A stretch of 21,329 nt of DNA, taken from NCBI RefSeq assembly GCF_006345805.1, contig NW_021823759.1:1-21329 (forward strand). The letters are read 5' to 3'. Made by a program: the position numbers and the translations under genes. This DNA is from Octopus sinensis (taxonomy: Eukaryota). Below the pieces are notes generated by a model. It worked only from the letters and a program-made list of their open reading frames with translations, made no database searches and was not told the DNA's origin. This document shows, in pieces, positions 1-10,595 of this stretch; the first letter of the stretch is position 1; every line of letters begins with the position of its first letter.

Positions 1-67
1 AAAGAGAGTAAAGAAGTTAGAATATTTCAAAAGCAGCGCCTGTTTAATCTGGCGTCTTGTGGAAACT

Positions 68-137
68 AAATCCGGAAAATCCAGAAATCCGGACCACCTC
101 CGGTCCCAAGGTTACCGGATAAGAGGTTTGGTATCTG
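68..137 (-). mobile_element. Diverged terminus of a pogo/Tigger-type MITE (same family as 11515-11809)
   Basis: The reverse complement of 71-137 (CAGATACCAAACCTCTTATCCGGTAACCTTGGGACCGGAGGTGGTCCGGATTTCTGGATTTTCCGGA) aligns with 11515-11582 with scattered substitutions. Confidence 0.75.
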
Positions 138-222
138 TGTTGTGCAATTTCTCAATTTATTCTAAGAGTCATTCTCTTGCAGCTTCTCCCCAATAATATT
201 CAGGGCTGGAAGGAAAAGGCAT

Positions 223-315
223 CTCGAATACTTTTGTATTTTTACCTTGTAACTGTTTGCTCAGCACATTTATCTTCTCAAATATATCCGAAAGACAGAA
301 TATGTCTCCTTTGGC
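223..315 (-). pseudogene. hAT (Buster/Charlie, FAM200/ZBED-like) transposase remnant
   Basis: Translation AKGDIFCLSDIFEKINVLSKQLQGKNTKVFE resembles the 'YLxDIFxKLNxLNxxLQG' segment of Buster-type hAT transposases. Recognised by eye; flanks are not conserved. Confidence 0.55.
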
Positions 316-848
316 GGTTAAGATTTCCTCTCCAAGTTGCATATTATACAGAAACATTACATTACAGCGCCGCCCCAAAGTTCAACGAAGTGACGCAGAT
401 AATTACCCGTAGAGATTGTTACCGGATGTGTGAACTACAAAGCCGTAACATATTTAATTCGTACAAGATTTTTCAATGCCAACCTAATACTATATTTATC
501 AATGTCAAATTATTATTGAAGTGTTAAATGAATCCTTTTTTTTTCTTACGAAATTTAATATATAGAAAATACATTGTATGTATATGTTTGTGTCTGTGTG
601 TATGCCTTATCATATTAATTTTAAAGAGTTACGGCTAGTAAATGTAAACTTTTAGAACAAAACGCAGAGCAGTAATTGTGTAACTCCTTCATATCTAATT
701 CCAAGACTTTTCTGAGACTTCAATGAACTCCTTTGGGGCCATATTGATATAGGCTGGGAAACTATAGAAGATATCTATAGAAGTGCTATAGAATATATCT
801 ATAGATTTATAGATAACATTGTATGTAACAACGGATAAAAATACGTTA

Positions 849-1190
849 TCTCTCTCTATATAAAACTGAGAATGTGTGTCTGTCTGTCTGTGTGTTTCCC
901 CAAAACTTGAGAACTACACAACCAATTTCATTCAAATTTTACACATGCCTTACTTAGGGTCCGGGGAGTGTCATCGGCAAACAATTTTTTAACTTTTTGC
1001 CTAGGGCGAGCCCACAGCAATACCATATCTTCTCCACTACGATTCCCTAAAACTTGAGAACTACACAACCAATTTCATTCAAATTTTACACATGCCTTAC
1101 TTAGGGTCCATGTAGTTTCATGGGCAAAAAAAAAATGTTCAACTTCTTGCCTAGAGCGAGCCCATAGCAATATCATATCTTCTCCACTAT
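849..1190 (+). mobile_element. Non-autonomous Helitron/HINE-like element, 5' part, with an internal 147-bp tandem duplication
   Basis: Starts A|TC, then TCTCTCTATATAAAA and a (TGTC)n tract, the typical Helitron/DINE-like 5' layout. 896-1042 is repeated at 1043-1190. No 3' CTAG/hairpin was found. Confidence 0.6.
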
Positions 1191-1964
1191 TTCAGCATTA
1201 CGTGTTAAAAGTGAAACAAAAACATTTCTCTATTTTATGTCAGATGCTTTCACTTTAACAATAAAAATAATAATAACAAATGAATTATATGTAGTAAGTA
1301 ATAATTAAAATCAAACTAGAGTATGATATAATCGTATCATAACAAAAGTAAAAATTGGTATAAAATTGCATCAATGACTTGAACTTGAATAAGTGGTTTC
1401 ACATGAATGGGAATAAATTAAAAATAAAATTAGCATGCAGAAATGGAATAGTCCAGATGGATAATAAAAAATTAAATTAAAGAAAAGTCTATAAAGTATT
1501 CAATATAGAGAAAAAAAACAAGACTTGAACACCTGGAAGAAAGCACCACCGAAAAGTGTCTTGGTGCGACTATGAAAGATATCTAAACAGAGGCGATAAA
1601 TTCGCCAGAATAGAAGCAAGGTTCGAGTCAAGGGAGTACTCGACTCGAACTTGCAAAGTGGAAATATTTTATTTTTACCTTTATATCTGGGACGTAGGAC
1701 GTCCTGGATAAAAATTTTAAATGCCCCCCACCCACCAGCAGCAGAGGTAGGCTGGATTGTAGCCACACTTCTATACAAGAGGGAAGACAAGATACAATTG
1801 ATCGAAATTGCAAGAGACGGGCTTATAATTCCAGTCTGTTATATATTTTGAGTATTGTTATCACTAGCGATATCAAGATATAACTTTGTATTTCGTATTT
1901 TATGTGTAGATGTATATATATATAGATGTACATATAATATGTACACATATATATACACATATGT

Positions 1965-2270
1965 GGAGGCGCAATGGCCCAGTGGTTAGGGCAGCGGACT
2001 CGCGGTCGTAGGATCACGGTTTCGATTCCTAGACCGGGCGTTGTGAGTGTTTATTGAGCGAAAACTCCTAAAAAGCTCCACGAGGCTCCGGCAGGGGGTA
2101 GTGATCCCTGCTGTACTCTTTCACCACACTTTCTCTCACTCTTTCTTCTGTTGGCCTGCTCGCTTAGCCAGCGGGGTGGCGTCATTCGAAGGCTAAAACA
2201 ATGCAAACGCATTGTGACCAGCGATGTGTAACAACATCTGATGGCCTGGTCAGTCACGTGATCACGTGAT
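1965..2270 (+). mobile_element. tRNA(Arg)-like SINE, copy 1 (octopus OR-type)
   Basis: tRNA-like head GGAGGCGCAATGGCCCAGTGGTTAGGGCAGCGGACTCGCGG...GGTTTCGATTCC with A/B boxes and a TCG anticodon-like triplet. Near-identical copy at 4888-5181; ends in CACGTGAT repeats plus (TA)n. Confidence 0.88.
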
Positions 2271-2321
2271 ATATACACATATACATGCGCTAGCACTATG
2301 ACCCGGCAGTGAATAACGTGA

Positions 2322-2387
2322 ATGCCACATTTTCTCAATTATGCCACATTTTCTCAATTTTGCCACATTTTCTCAATTTCTCAATTT
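2322..2387. repeat. 19-bp tandem repeat, 3 copies plus a partial copy
   Basis: ATGCCACATTTTCTCAATT at 2322, 2341 and 2360, then TCTCAATTT. Confidence 0.9.
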
Positions 2388-2400
2388 ATTATTATTATTA

Positions 2401-2446
<46 letters not shown>
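2386..2446. repeat. (TTA)n microsatellite
   Basis: Direct reading; produces the poly-Leu and poly-Asn ORFs. Confidence 0.97.
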
Positions 2447-2905
2447 GCTATTCTTGAGTGAGAGAGCAGTGCATGCCACCAAAGTGACACTGGGGTACAA
2501 ACACACGAAGCCCAGTATACTCATCGTGACCACCCGTATGATAAGGGTACACCAGGCACATGCATCACAACTATATGTGCGCGACATGGTGATCTCATAT
2601 TAAGATAAACAGCGCATGACCTTGCAGGTGGGGACCAGTTAGAATTTTCTTCAGGTCGAGTAGCCCATCCCGTTCAACAGGTCCCTGAATAAGGTTTGCT
2701 TCAAGGATGCTGAACGAAACACCCATGTTTCCGAAAGTGAATTATCCAAGCCCCAAAGAATTCCTCTTAACACATGGCTATGACGCTCTCTCACTACTTC
2801 TGCTCATTATCAGAGGTGCACATATCGTCCGTCACTAAGGGACATGCTCAACTGGTTAAGATCAAACAATTGACAAGCAAATCTGTGGTATTGAGCAGAA
2901 TATTA
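2447..2905 (-). mobile_element. Probable 3' fragment of a retroelement with a (TAA)n tail, inserted in a TAA-rich site
   Basis: A more GC-balanced 460-bp block bounded by (TTA)n on the left and ATTAATTATTACTATTATT on the right. No ORF. Resembles an abundant octopus repeat, from recall only. Confidence 0.45.
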
Positions 2906-3529
2906 ATTATTACTATTATTAATTTCCATAAAAATTTAATATAGAGTGTACCACTGTGTTGTTATTGTTGTTGCATATTGGTCAACACACCAGGAACCGA
3001 CCTGTGATTAAGATTATTCCAGCCCCACCTCTCCGGCTTCAGCATGATTACATGATGTAATATGCGTTGATCCCAGTTAATCAAAACAAGGTGTTCTGAT
3101 TTGAGGGAGATTTGGCTGCTATTTCTATCGAGTCAAGCAGTAGTGTGACGCTAGAAACTTCAGAGCGCCAGACCTCATCTGAATTATATGCGCTATTTAA
3201 TTGTGTTCATCATCATTTGATCAACAGATCCCGCCGTGATCGATTTTGCTATGATCATCACAGCCACAAATAAAACGCAATGCAATCAATATAGTTTGCC
3301 GATATCCGATCTTGCAAATTTGTCGACATTTTTTCTTCCCTTGGAAGAAATCGATATTCTTTGACAATCTATGGAACTAAGGTATGTCATTATGACATAA
3401 GGATTTCATTTTTGATGAAAAAGCAGAAAGGAGATCAGGTTCGATATGAATATTTGAGAAAAAATTTGCTGAGTTCAATAAATATTTTGCATCCTCTATG
3501 TGTACCACATTCAGAAAGAGAGAAAATGC

Positions 3530-3530
<1 letters not shown>

Positions 3531-3560
<30 letters not shown>

Positions 3561-3617
3561 CATACATACATTCTTACATAAGTACATACATACATACATA
3601 CATACATACATACATTC

Positions 3618-3648
<31 letters not shown>

Positions 3649-3659
3649 CATACATACAT
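3531..3659. repeat. (TACA)n microsatellite
   Basis: Direct reading. Confidence 0.97.
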
Positions 3660-3778
3660 GCCCTGTTGTTGATGTTGAAATTCCAATGAGTGAGCCTTAG
3701 ATCTAGGTTAAAAACTGGCTCTTTCTCTATTGGCAAGAAATCTTAAAATAAAACTGAATAATGACATACATACATACA
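3660..3778 (+). mobile_element. Short probable retroelement 3' end ending in GACATACATACATAC, embedded in (TACA)n
   Basis: About 105 bp of unique sequence flanked on both sides by TACA repeats; family not assigned. Confidence 0.4.
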
Positions 3779-3915
3779 ACCACAGACACACAGACACACA
3801 GACACACACACACACACAACACACACACACACACACACACACACAACACACACGCACACAACACACGCACACACACACACACAACACATATGTATATATA
3901 TATATAATATATATA

Positions 3916-3952
<37 letters not shown>

Positions 3953-4006
3953 ATGTGTACTTGGAAATGGATGCGTGGGTTCATATCAAATAATAATATA
4001 AATATG

Positions 4007-4069
<63 letters not shown>
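3779..4069. repeat. Compound (CA)n/(TA)n microsatellite
   Basis: Direct reading, with a short unique interruption at about 3955-4005. Confidence 0.95.
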
Positions 4070-4077
4070 GCATAATG

Positions 4078-4394
4078 GGTACAGGACGTCACCAACAGTA
4101 AACAACATGAAATACGAAAACAGATGAGTTCAATACTCAAACAACGAGAGAAACAAATTGAAAACAGGACAAGTAACACAAACAACGACTTGGTACTCAT
4201 GAGAGAGACTGTCTTCGAAGACTCATATTGTCGTTCAATGCTCGAAATGAGGAGTAGATAGACAGCAGACAACTGATGAAGGGTCGTTCTTTGTGTTACT
4301 TGTCCTGTTTTCCATTTGTTTCTCTCGTCGTTTGCGTATTGAACTCATTTGTTTTCGTATTTCATGTTGTATACTGTTGGTGACGTCCTGTACC
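4078..4394. mobile_element. Fold-back element (PLE-terminus-like inverted duplication) in (TA)n
   Basis: 112-bp arms 4078-4189 and 4283-4394 are reverse complements with about 6 mismatches; 93-bp spacer; both outer ends read GGTACAGGACG and abut TA-rich repeats. Confidence 0.8.
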
Positions 4395-4571
4395 AATATA
4401 TGTATATGTATGTCTGTATGTCTGTCTGTCTGTATGTATGTATGTACTTCTTTAATGTTGACGGTCGGAAGAATCGTAACTTGCCAGAACACCCTGTGCA
4501 CCCACAGGTGAAAATTTGAGAAACAAGAGACTTACTCGTCAAAAATTATATATACAAAGGTTTATATATAG

Positions 4572-4603
<32 letters not shown>

Positions 4604-4738
4604 GTAGGTCCCGGGTTGATTCGGGGTTAACCACAGTAAATAAGGTACTCAATACATAGCAGAGTAAAATTCCTGATGATTTCTCTTGAATGAAACAGTT
4701 CTAGTCCTGTAGAAGCTCCTTCTATATAATAAATTAAT
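4604..4738. mobile_element. Short PLE-like insertion in (TA)n, probably 5'-inverted, carrying a hammerhead motif
   Basis: A 135-bp unique block between TA tracts; the right half contains the hammerhead fold below. Confidence 0.6.
4670..4714 (+). ncRNA. Type I hammerhead ribozyme motif with truncated stem I
   Basis: UUC-CUGAUGA(4673-4679)-U[UUC ucuu GAA]U-GAAA(4692-4695); stem III ACAG/CUGU; GUA cleavage triplet after 4711; stem I UUC/GAA is only 3 bp; 10.1-11.1 is U.U. Confidence 0.7.
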
Positions 4739-4757
4739 ATGTATATATATATATATA

Positions 4758-4877
<120 letters not shown>

Positions 4878-4887
4878 GTGTGTGTGT

Positions 4888-5173
4888 GGAGGCGCAATGG
4901 CCTAGTGGTTAGGGCAGCGGACTCGCGGTTTCGATTCCCAGACCGGGCGTTGTGAGTGTTTATTGAGCGAAAACACCTAAAAGCTCCACGAGTCTCCGGC
5001 AGGGGGTGGTGATCCCTGCTGTATTCTTTCACCACTCTTTCTCCCACTCTTTCTTCTGTTGGCCTGCTCCGCGTGGGCCGGGGTGGGTGGCGTCATTCGA
5101 AGGCTAAAACAATGCGAACGCATTGTGACCAGCGATGTGTAACAACATCTGATGGACTGGTCGGTCACGTGAT

Positions 5174-5181
<8 letters not shown>
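4888..5181 (+). mobile_element. tRNA(Arg)-like SINE, copy 2
   Basis: Colinear with 1965-2270; a 14-nt deletion between two CGGT repeats in the tRNA head. Confidence 0.88.
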
Positions 5182-5221
<40 letters not shown>

Positions 5222-5641
5222 CTACACACACACACACAATCACACACACTCATACACACATACATACACACATTTTTTTTGATAAGTTAAAATTCATGGA
5301 CTTCAATTTCAAAAAACAAAATGTTTTTAATAAAAAAAGGGAGAACGGGTTAATGATTTCCTGTAAGCGCCGTGTAAATTCTCTGCAGTCAACAGTGACC
5401 CAGAGTCAGATTTATAAAATTGGCTTTTAATTAACAGAATCAATTTTACTCAGACAAAAACATAATGATTTTCGATGGTTTAATAACTTTAGCAAAAATT
5501 GCAGCCATCAAAGACCTACTTTTTAGCATTATTGGATGACGCAATAAAACAGACATTGGTTTGCAGATCCGTAATACAGCCAAAAATAGATGTTTTTTTA
5601 TACTTTTAAGCGGTGTGACAAGAAAATTTCCCCGTAACACA

Positions 5642-5808
5642 GGCGCAGGTGTGGCTATGTAGTAAGAAGTTTTCTTCCCAACCGCATGGTTCCAGGTTCA
5701 GTCCTACTGTGTGGCACCATGGGCAAGTGTCTTCTGCTATAGTCTCAGGCCAACCAAAGCTGTGTGAGTGGATTTGGTAGACGGAAACTGAAAGAAGCCC
5801 GTCGTATA
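5642..5808 (+). mobile_element. Second tRNA-derived SINE family, 5' part
   Basis: Head GGCGCAGGTGTGGCTATGTAGTAAG...GGTTCAGTCC; body ends GGAAACTGAAAGAAGCCCGTCG followed by (TG)n; inverted copy at 6144-6296. Confidence 0.8.
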
Positions 5809-6094
5809 TTTATTTGTGTGTGTGTGTGAGTGTGTGTGTGTGCTAAATAAAATGAGACAACAAAGCCAAAGCTGTGTGGAATTTTCAGGACATTCATAAA
5901 GAGAGTCTTCTGGATACCAATACGTCTCTCTCTTATATATATATATTCTATTATTCTGTAAAATAATATTTAATTTGTTAAAATGTACAGAAATGCATAA
6001 AAATAATTTTTAATTCCATTAGACATTCTAAAATACTATTAAATTTCATTCAATTTAAAAAAAAGTTAAAATCGTACAGAACTTATGGGATGAC

Positions 6095-6143
<49 letters not shown>

Positions 6144-6145
<2 letters not shown>

Positions 6146-6296
6146 CGAGCTTCTTTCAGTTTTCGTCTGCCAAATCCACTCACAGGGCTTTGGTCAGCCC
6201 GAGGCTATAGTAGAAAACACTTGCCCAAGTTGACGCGTAGTGCGACTGAACCCGGAGCCATGTGGTTGGGAAGCAAGCTTCTTACCACACAGCCAC
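6144..6296 (-). mobile_element. Second tRNA-derived SINE family, 5' part, inverted copy
   Basis: Reverse complement aligns with about 5650-5805. Confidence 0.8.
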
Positions 6297-6399
6297 AATT
6301 TTTTAAAATACAATTCCTAATAACATTTGATTTTAAACATATAATAGGCTTTGTGTTTTAATGGCTACGAGGGTCTCCACTAGAGTTATATAGGGATTA

Positions 6400-6711
6400 A
6401 AGGGGTCCATGGATAAAAAATGTACATGGTCCTCATCTTAGATGAGAGAGCTGGGACTTTTGGAACTGTGCAATGATGTCCAATTCGAGGTTTGGTATAA
6501 CTCTCAATTCCAAAGTTTGGTACCAGCCCCTCCAGTATCTTCCATACGTATATCACTGGTACCTTTCCCGTCTTCACTCCAGGGAGCAGAGTCGTAGCTC
6601 TTTCAGTCTCTCCCAGTTGCTCAGCTGTTCCATTGATGCAATCTTCCTCGTGTAGTATCGCTGAACCACCTCAAGTTCTGCTATTAACCCTACAGTGTAA
6701 GGTGACCACAG
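6400..6711 (-). pseudogene. CR1-clade LINE ORF2 C-terminal fragment
   Basis: Minus-strand translation LWSPYTVGLIAELEVVQRYYTRKIASMEQLSNWERLKELRLCSLE*RRER, a frameshift, then VIYVWKILEGLVPN. Matches the WSP..LExVQR..ERL..L.SLE.RR..WKI.G pattern after the CR1/L2 RT domain. Confidence 0.85.
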
Positions 6712-6849
6712 TTATTTTTCCTGAACCTTACCATGCAAAAAGTCTTCCCACAATTCATTACACACACATATAGAGATACAACAACCCGAAGAAGCCAATG
6801 GCTTGTATTGTTTATAGCGTAGACGATAACAGCTGAAATTTGAAAATGT

Positions 6850-7030
6850 CAGTGCGTCGAACAATATGATTCCTTCCAGCTCTTTATTTTATGTGTTCAA
6901 ATCTCTCCGAAGTCCTCTTTGCCTTTTATTCTTTTGGGATCGATAAGATAAAACACTTGGGTTGATGGTATCGCCTTACCCCACCCCTCAAAATTGTTGA
7001 TCTTTTATCAAAACTAGAATGAATTATTAT
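6850..7030 (+). mobile_element. Heavily decayed SINE with a Nin/Deu-like core
   Basis: GTTCAAATCTCTCCGAAGTCCTCTTTGCCTTTTATTCTTTTGGGATCGATAAG resembles the core of the 7040-7230 copy in reverse. Confidence 0.55.
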
Positions 7031-7039
7031 TGATTTCAA

Positions 7040-7230
7040 ATATTGACACAAGGCCGGCAATTTTGGAGGCGGGATAAGTCGTTTACACCGACCCCAGCGT
7101 TTTACTGGTACTTTATTTTATCGACCCCGAAAAGATGAAAGGCAGAGTCATCCTCGGCGGAATTTGAACTCAACGTAAAGTCGAAAGGAATGCTGCTGAA
7201 CAATTTTCCCTGCGCGATTACGATTCTACG
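7040..7230 (-). mobile_element. SINE with a Nin/Deu-like conserved core
   Basis: Minus strand reads GAGTTCAAATTCCGCCGAGGATGACTCTGCCTTTCATCTTTTCGGGGTCGATAAATAAAGTACCAG; related copy at 11338-11435. Confidence 0.75.
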
Positions 7231-7629
7231 ATGAAAATGCATCGTATCTAAAAATACAATCTATTTAAATGAACAGAAAACCCCTTTTCTTTAAAGCAAA
7301 AATATGATCGTATATAATAATACAAAAAAAAAAGTGTGCGTGTGAGTGTGTGCAGGGTCTTATTTCTCGTGTTTTCAGCACCAGAAATAATCACAGCAAG
7401 ATTAAATATATTAATTAAGGAAAAAGATATTAGTGGGTAGCTAACAGTACTCTTTGGCCGAGCAAGCAAAGGGGTTAATCCTTTATAATCCGCGTTAAGA
7501 AACATTATCATTTAGCCCTAATTGATATAAAGGGTTATTCCTCTTCAAATATTTTTATATATACATGTATACATATTAGAGCTAAACACAGTTTGTTGCT
7601 TAAGCTCTTTCGGAATTTCTAAATGGAAA

Positions 7630-7724
7630 GAAGAAGAAGAAGAAGAAGAAGAAGAAGAAGAAGAAGAAGAAGAGAAGAAGAAGAAGAAGAAGAAGAAGAA
7701 GAAGAAGAAGAAGAAGAAGAAGAA
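7630..7724. repeat. (GAA)n microsatellite
   Basis: Direct reading. Confidence 0.97.
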
Positions 7725-7755
7725 AGAGATGAGATCCACATTGTCGAAACTTAGA

Positions 7756-8102
7756 GCGCATGCGCAAGAACTACGCCGTTTATTAGAACGAAATACTATG
7801 AACATAGTCGGGAGCAAACTGTCATTTGGTATCGATCTGGAGAGAAGTAGATAATAAAAATAAAATTGAAGGAAAAAGAAAAAAAATGAAACCTGCAACA
7901 GTTGGTTGAACGAGATAGATGATGAGAGAGGTGGCGACGGGGTTGGTGGTGGTGGTGATGGTGACGGCGGTGGTGGCAACGGTTGTGGTGGTGGTGGTGG
8001 TGGTGGTGGTGGTGGTGTAAGTCGAGTTTCCACAGCAGAGTCGGCATGACCTTTTCTTGCTCATCGTATTTCCATGGCAACAATACATCGATGCTTTATT
8101 GG
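7756..8102. promoter_or_regulatory. Possible promoter-type motif cluster (NRF1-like palindrome, RFX X-box, CCAAT)
   Basis: GCGCATGCGC at 7756-7765, ATTTCCATGGCAAC at 8068-8081 (one mismatch to GTTNCCATGGNAAC), ATTGG at 8098-8102; no transcript evidence. Confidence 0.3.
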
Positions 8103-8235
8103 CGGTTCTTTAAAACGAAAATCAAAAAAAAAAAAGAAAAAAGAAAATAAATCAAGAATAATCAAGAAAAATCGAGAAAAATCCCTACAAAATTTTATGA
8201 AAATGAACGTCGTACTTGACAAGAGACGATGGGGA

Positions 8236-8895
8236 TAGTGGTGGTGTCGGCGGCGGCGGTGGTGTCGGTGGTGGTGGTGTTCATTGTGAGAGTGTTAACG
8301 GTGGTGGAGATGGTTTGGTTTTGACGATGTTGGTGGTGGTGGTGGTGGTGGTGGTGGTGGGGATTGATGAATATGAATGGTGATAGTGGTGTTGGCGTTG
8401 GTGTTGGTGGTGTTGGTTGTAGAGGGCATAAACGTTGATAGCGGTGGCGGTGGCGGTGGTGGTGGTGGTGGTGGTGGTGTTAATTGTGAGGTGTTTATGG
8501 AGGAGGTCGTGAGAGGATTTGAGAACTGAGACAAGAATGCGAGAATGTAAGACTATATGTGAAGGAGATATATATATATTTATGACAAGGGGGCTTATTT
8601 ATAATATCTACGGAGTGCAAATGGCAGTCGTGATGATGATGATGATGTTTACGACGACGACGACGATGATGATAATGATGATGATGATGACGACAATGGA
8701 GATAGTTGTGGCACTGGTGGTGGCGACGGCGACGGTGATAGTAACGACGATGACATTGCTGCTGCTGCTGATGATGATGTTGGTGGTGATGATGAAGATG
8801 GTGATGATGCGACGACGACGACAACGATGATGACCATGGTCATGACGATGATAATGGCGATGACGACGGCAGTTATGGAAGCGGCGGTGATTGTG

Positions 8896-8927
<32 letters not shown>

Positions 8928-8971
8928 GGTGGTGGTGACAGCGGCGGTGGCGGTGTCGTTGATGACGACAT

Positions 8972-9007
<36 letters not shown>

Positions 9008-9129
9008 GGATGCTGATGATGATGATGATGATGATGATGATGTTGATGATGATGATGAGGATGAGGATGATGATGATGATGATGATGATGTAGAAGAAGA
9101 AGAAGAAGAAGAAGAAGAAGAAGAAGAAG
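8236..9129. repeat. Mosaic trinucleotide microsatellite field (GGT, GGC, GAT, GAC, GTT, GCT, GAA)
   Basis: Direct reading; source of the poly-Pro, poly-His, poly-Met and poly-Ser ORFs. Confidence 0.95.
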
Positions 9130-9381
9130 ATACCAGAAAGACAGGTATGTGAAGAAGATCAAAGGAAAAGTGAGATTATGTGAAACTGGAGACAAAGATT
9201 AAAAGATGAAGAAGATAAAGAAAAAGAGAAGAGAAAAAGAAAAGAAGACAAGAAAAGTTGAAGAATGTTTGAGAAGAAATAAAATTGCAGACGATATGGA
9301 ATATGTGATAGATTAGGTAAGGCTGATTGGGGAAAGAAAAAGAAATGGTGTGTGTGTGTGTGTACATAAATACACACGCTT

Positions 9382-9397
9382 AGATAGATAGGTAGAT

Positions 9398-9466
<69 letters not shown>

Positions 9467-9475
9467 GGATGGATG

Positions 9476-9530
<55 letters not shown>

Positions 9531-9552
9531 GGATGGATGGATGGATAGATAA

Positions 9553-9634
<82 letters not shown>

Positions 9635-9760
9635 GGATGGATGGATGGATGGATATATATATATATAGATAGATAGATAGAGACAGAGAGAAAGATAAAC
9701 AGACAGACAGGCAGACAGATAGAAAGACAGACTGATAAAGATAGATAGATAGATAGTTAT
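9382..9760. repeat. (GATA)n/(GGAT)n/(GACA)n tetranucleotide tract
   Basis: Direct reading. Confidence 0.97.
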
Positions 9761-9854
9761 GCTGTATACGTATGTATGTACGTAAATGTACGCCCACATA
9801 AATATATGTAAATATGTATGTTTGTATGTTTGTATTTGTAGTTTTAAAAATACG

Positions 9855-9887
<33 letters not shown>

Positions 9888-9963
9888 AAATATATACATA
9901 TATATAAAATTACATACACATACATATATAGGAAATTTGAAGATGTGTTCGTATGTATGTGTG

Positions 9964-10012
<49 letters not shown>

Positions 10013-10595
10013 CAGGCAGAGAGATAATGATAGAAGAGAGAGGGTGAGGGAAGGTAAGGAGAGAAGTAGAGAAAAAGAAATAAAAACAGGTAGAGAAAAA
10101 CAGAGAGCGAAAGAGAGAGAAAGAAAGAGAATCAGACAGATAGACAGACGATATAATTTTTAAGTACTTAAGTCAGAGAATGCAATTTTAAAAATCAGAA
10201 CCATATACTTGAAATAGAGTATTACTTACAAAAGCTATCTATCGATCTCTCTCCTCCATCTCTCTCTCCCTCTCTCTCTTTCTCTCTCTCAAGGCAAAAA
10301 AAGAAAGATTTGTATCAAAATCGAATTCGTTATTAGCTTCCATTTTTACATTTTAAGGATGCCTTACATTTAAGGAAGGAAACGCCGTTGATATATAAGG
10401 ATAAAACTCCTCGCAAGGGGTTTTTAAACCCAATATTCTACACGCTATTATTTGTAGCTTTATCCACTTCGGGATATATTATTACACATAATTTACTTTA
10501 TTTCTCTCAAAGTTTCCAAATTTTTATAATGTAACCATCTTACAATCCTTGCAGGTAAGAAGAAGCTCCTAAGATGAACGAATTAAGATCGGAGT

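Noticed and set aside
177-527. 116-aa plus-strand ORF
   Set aside because: No recognisable similarity; it is antisense to a transposase remnant.
1965-2040. tRNA-Arg gene call
   Set aside because: No 3' acceptor strand, and it continues into a repeated SINE body; it is a SINE head.
7822-8088. Minus-strand 88-aa ORF (MSKKRSCRLCC...poly-Thr)
   Set aside because: Mostly microsatellite-derived with no recognisable homology; it cannot be supported without expression data.
7545-9925. Long ORFs rich in Pro, His, Met, Ser and IYLS
   Set aside because: They are open only because they run through stop-free microsatellites; no domain content.
10513-10561. Possible 43-nt exon ending CAG|GTAAGA
   Set aside because: It lies within a decayed repeat unit, has no coding signal and no partner exons.
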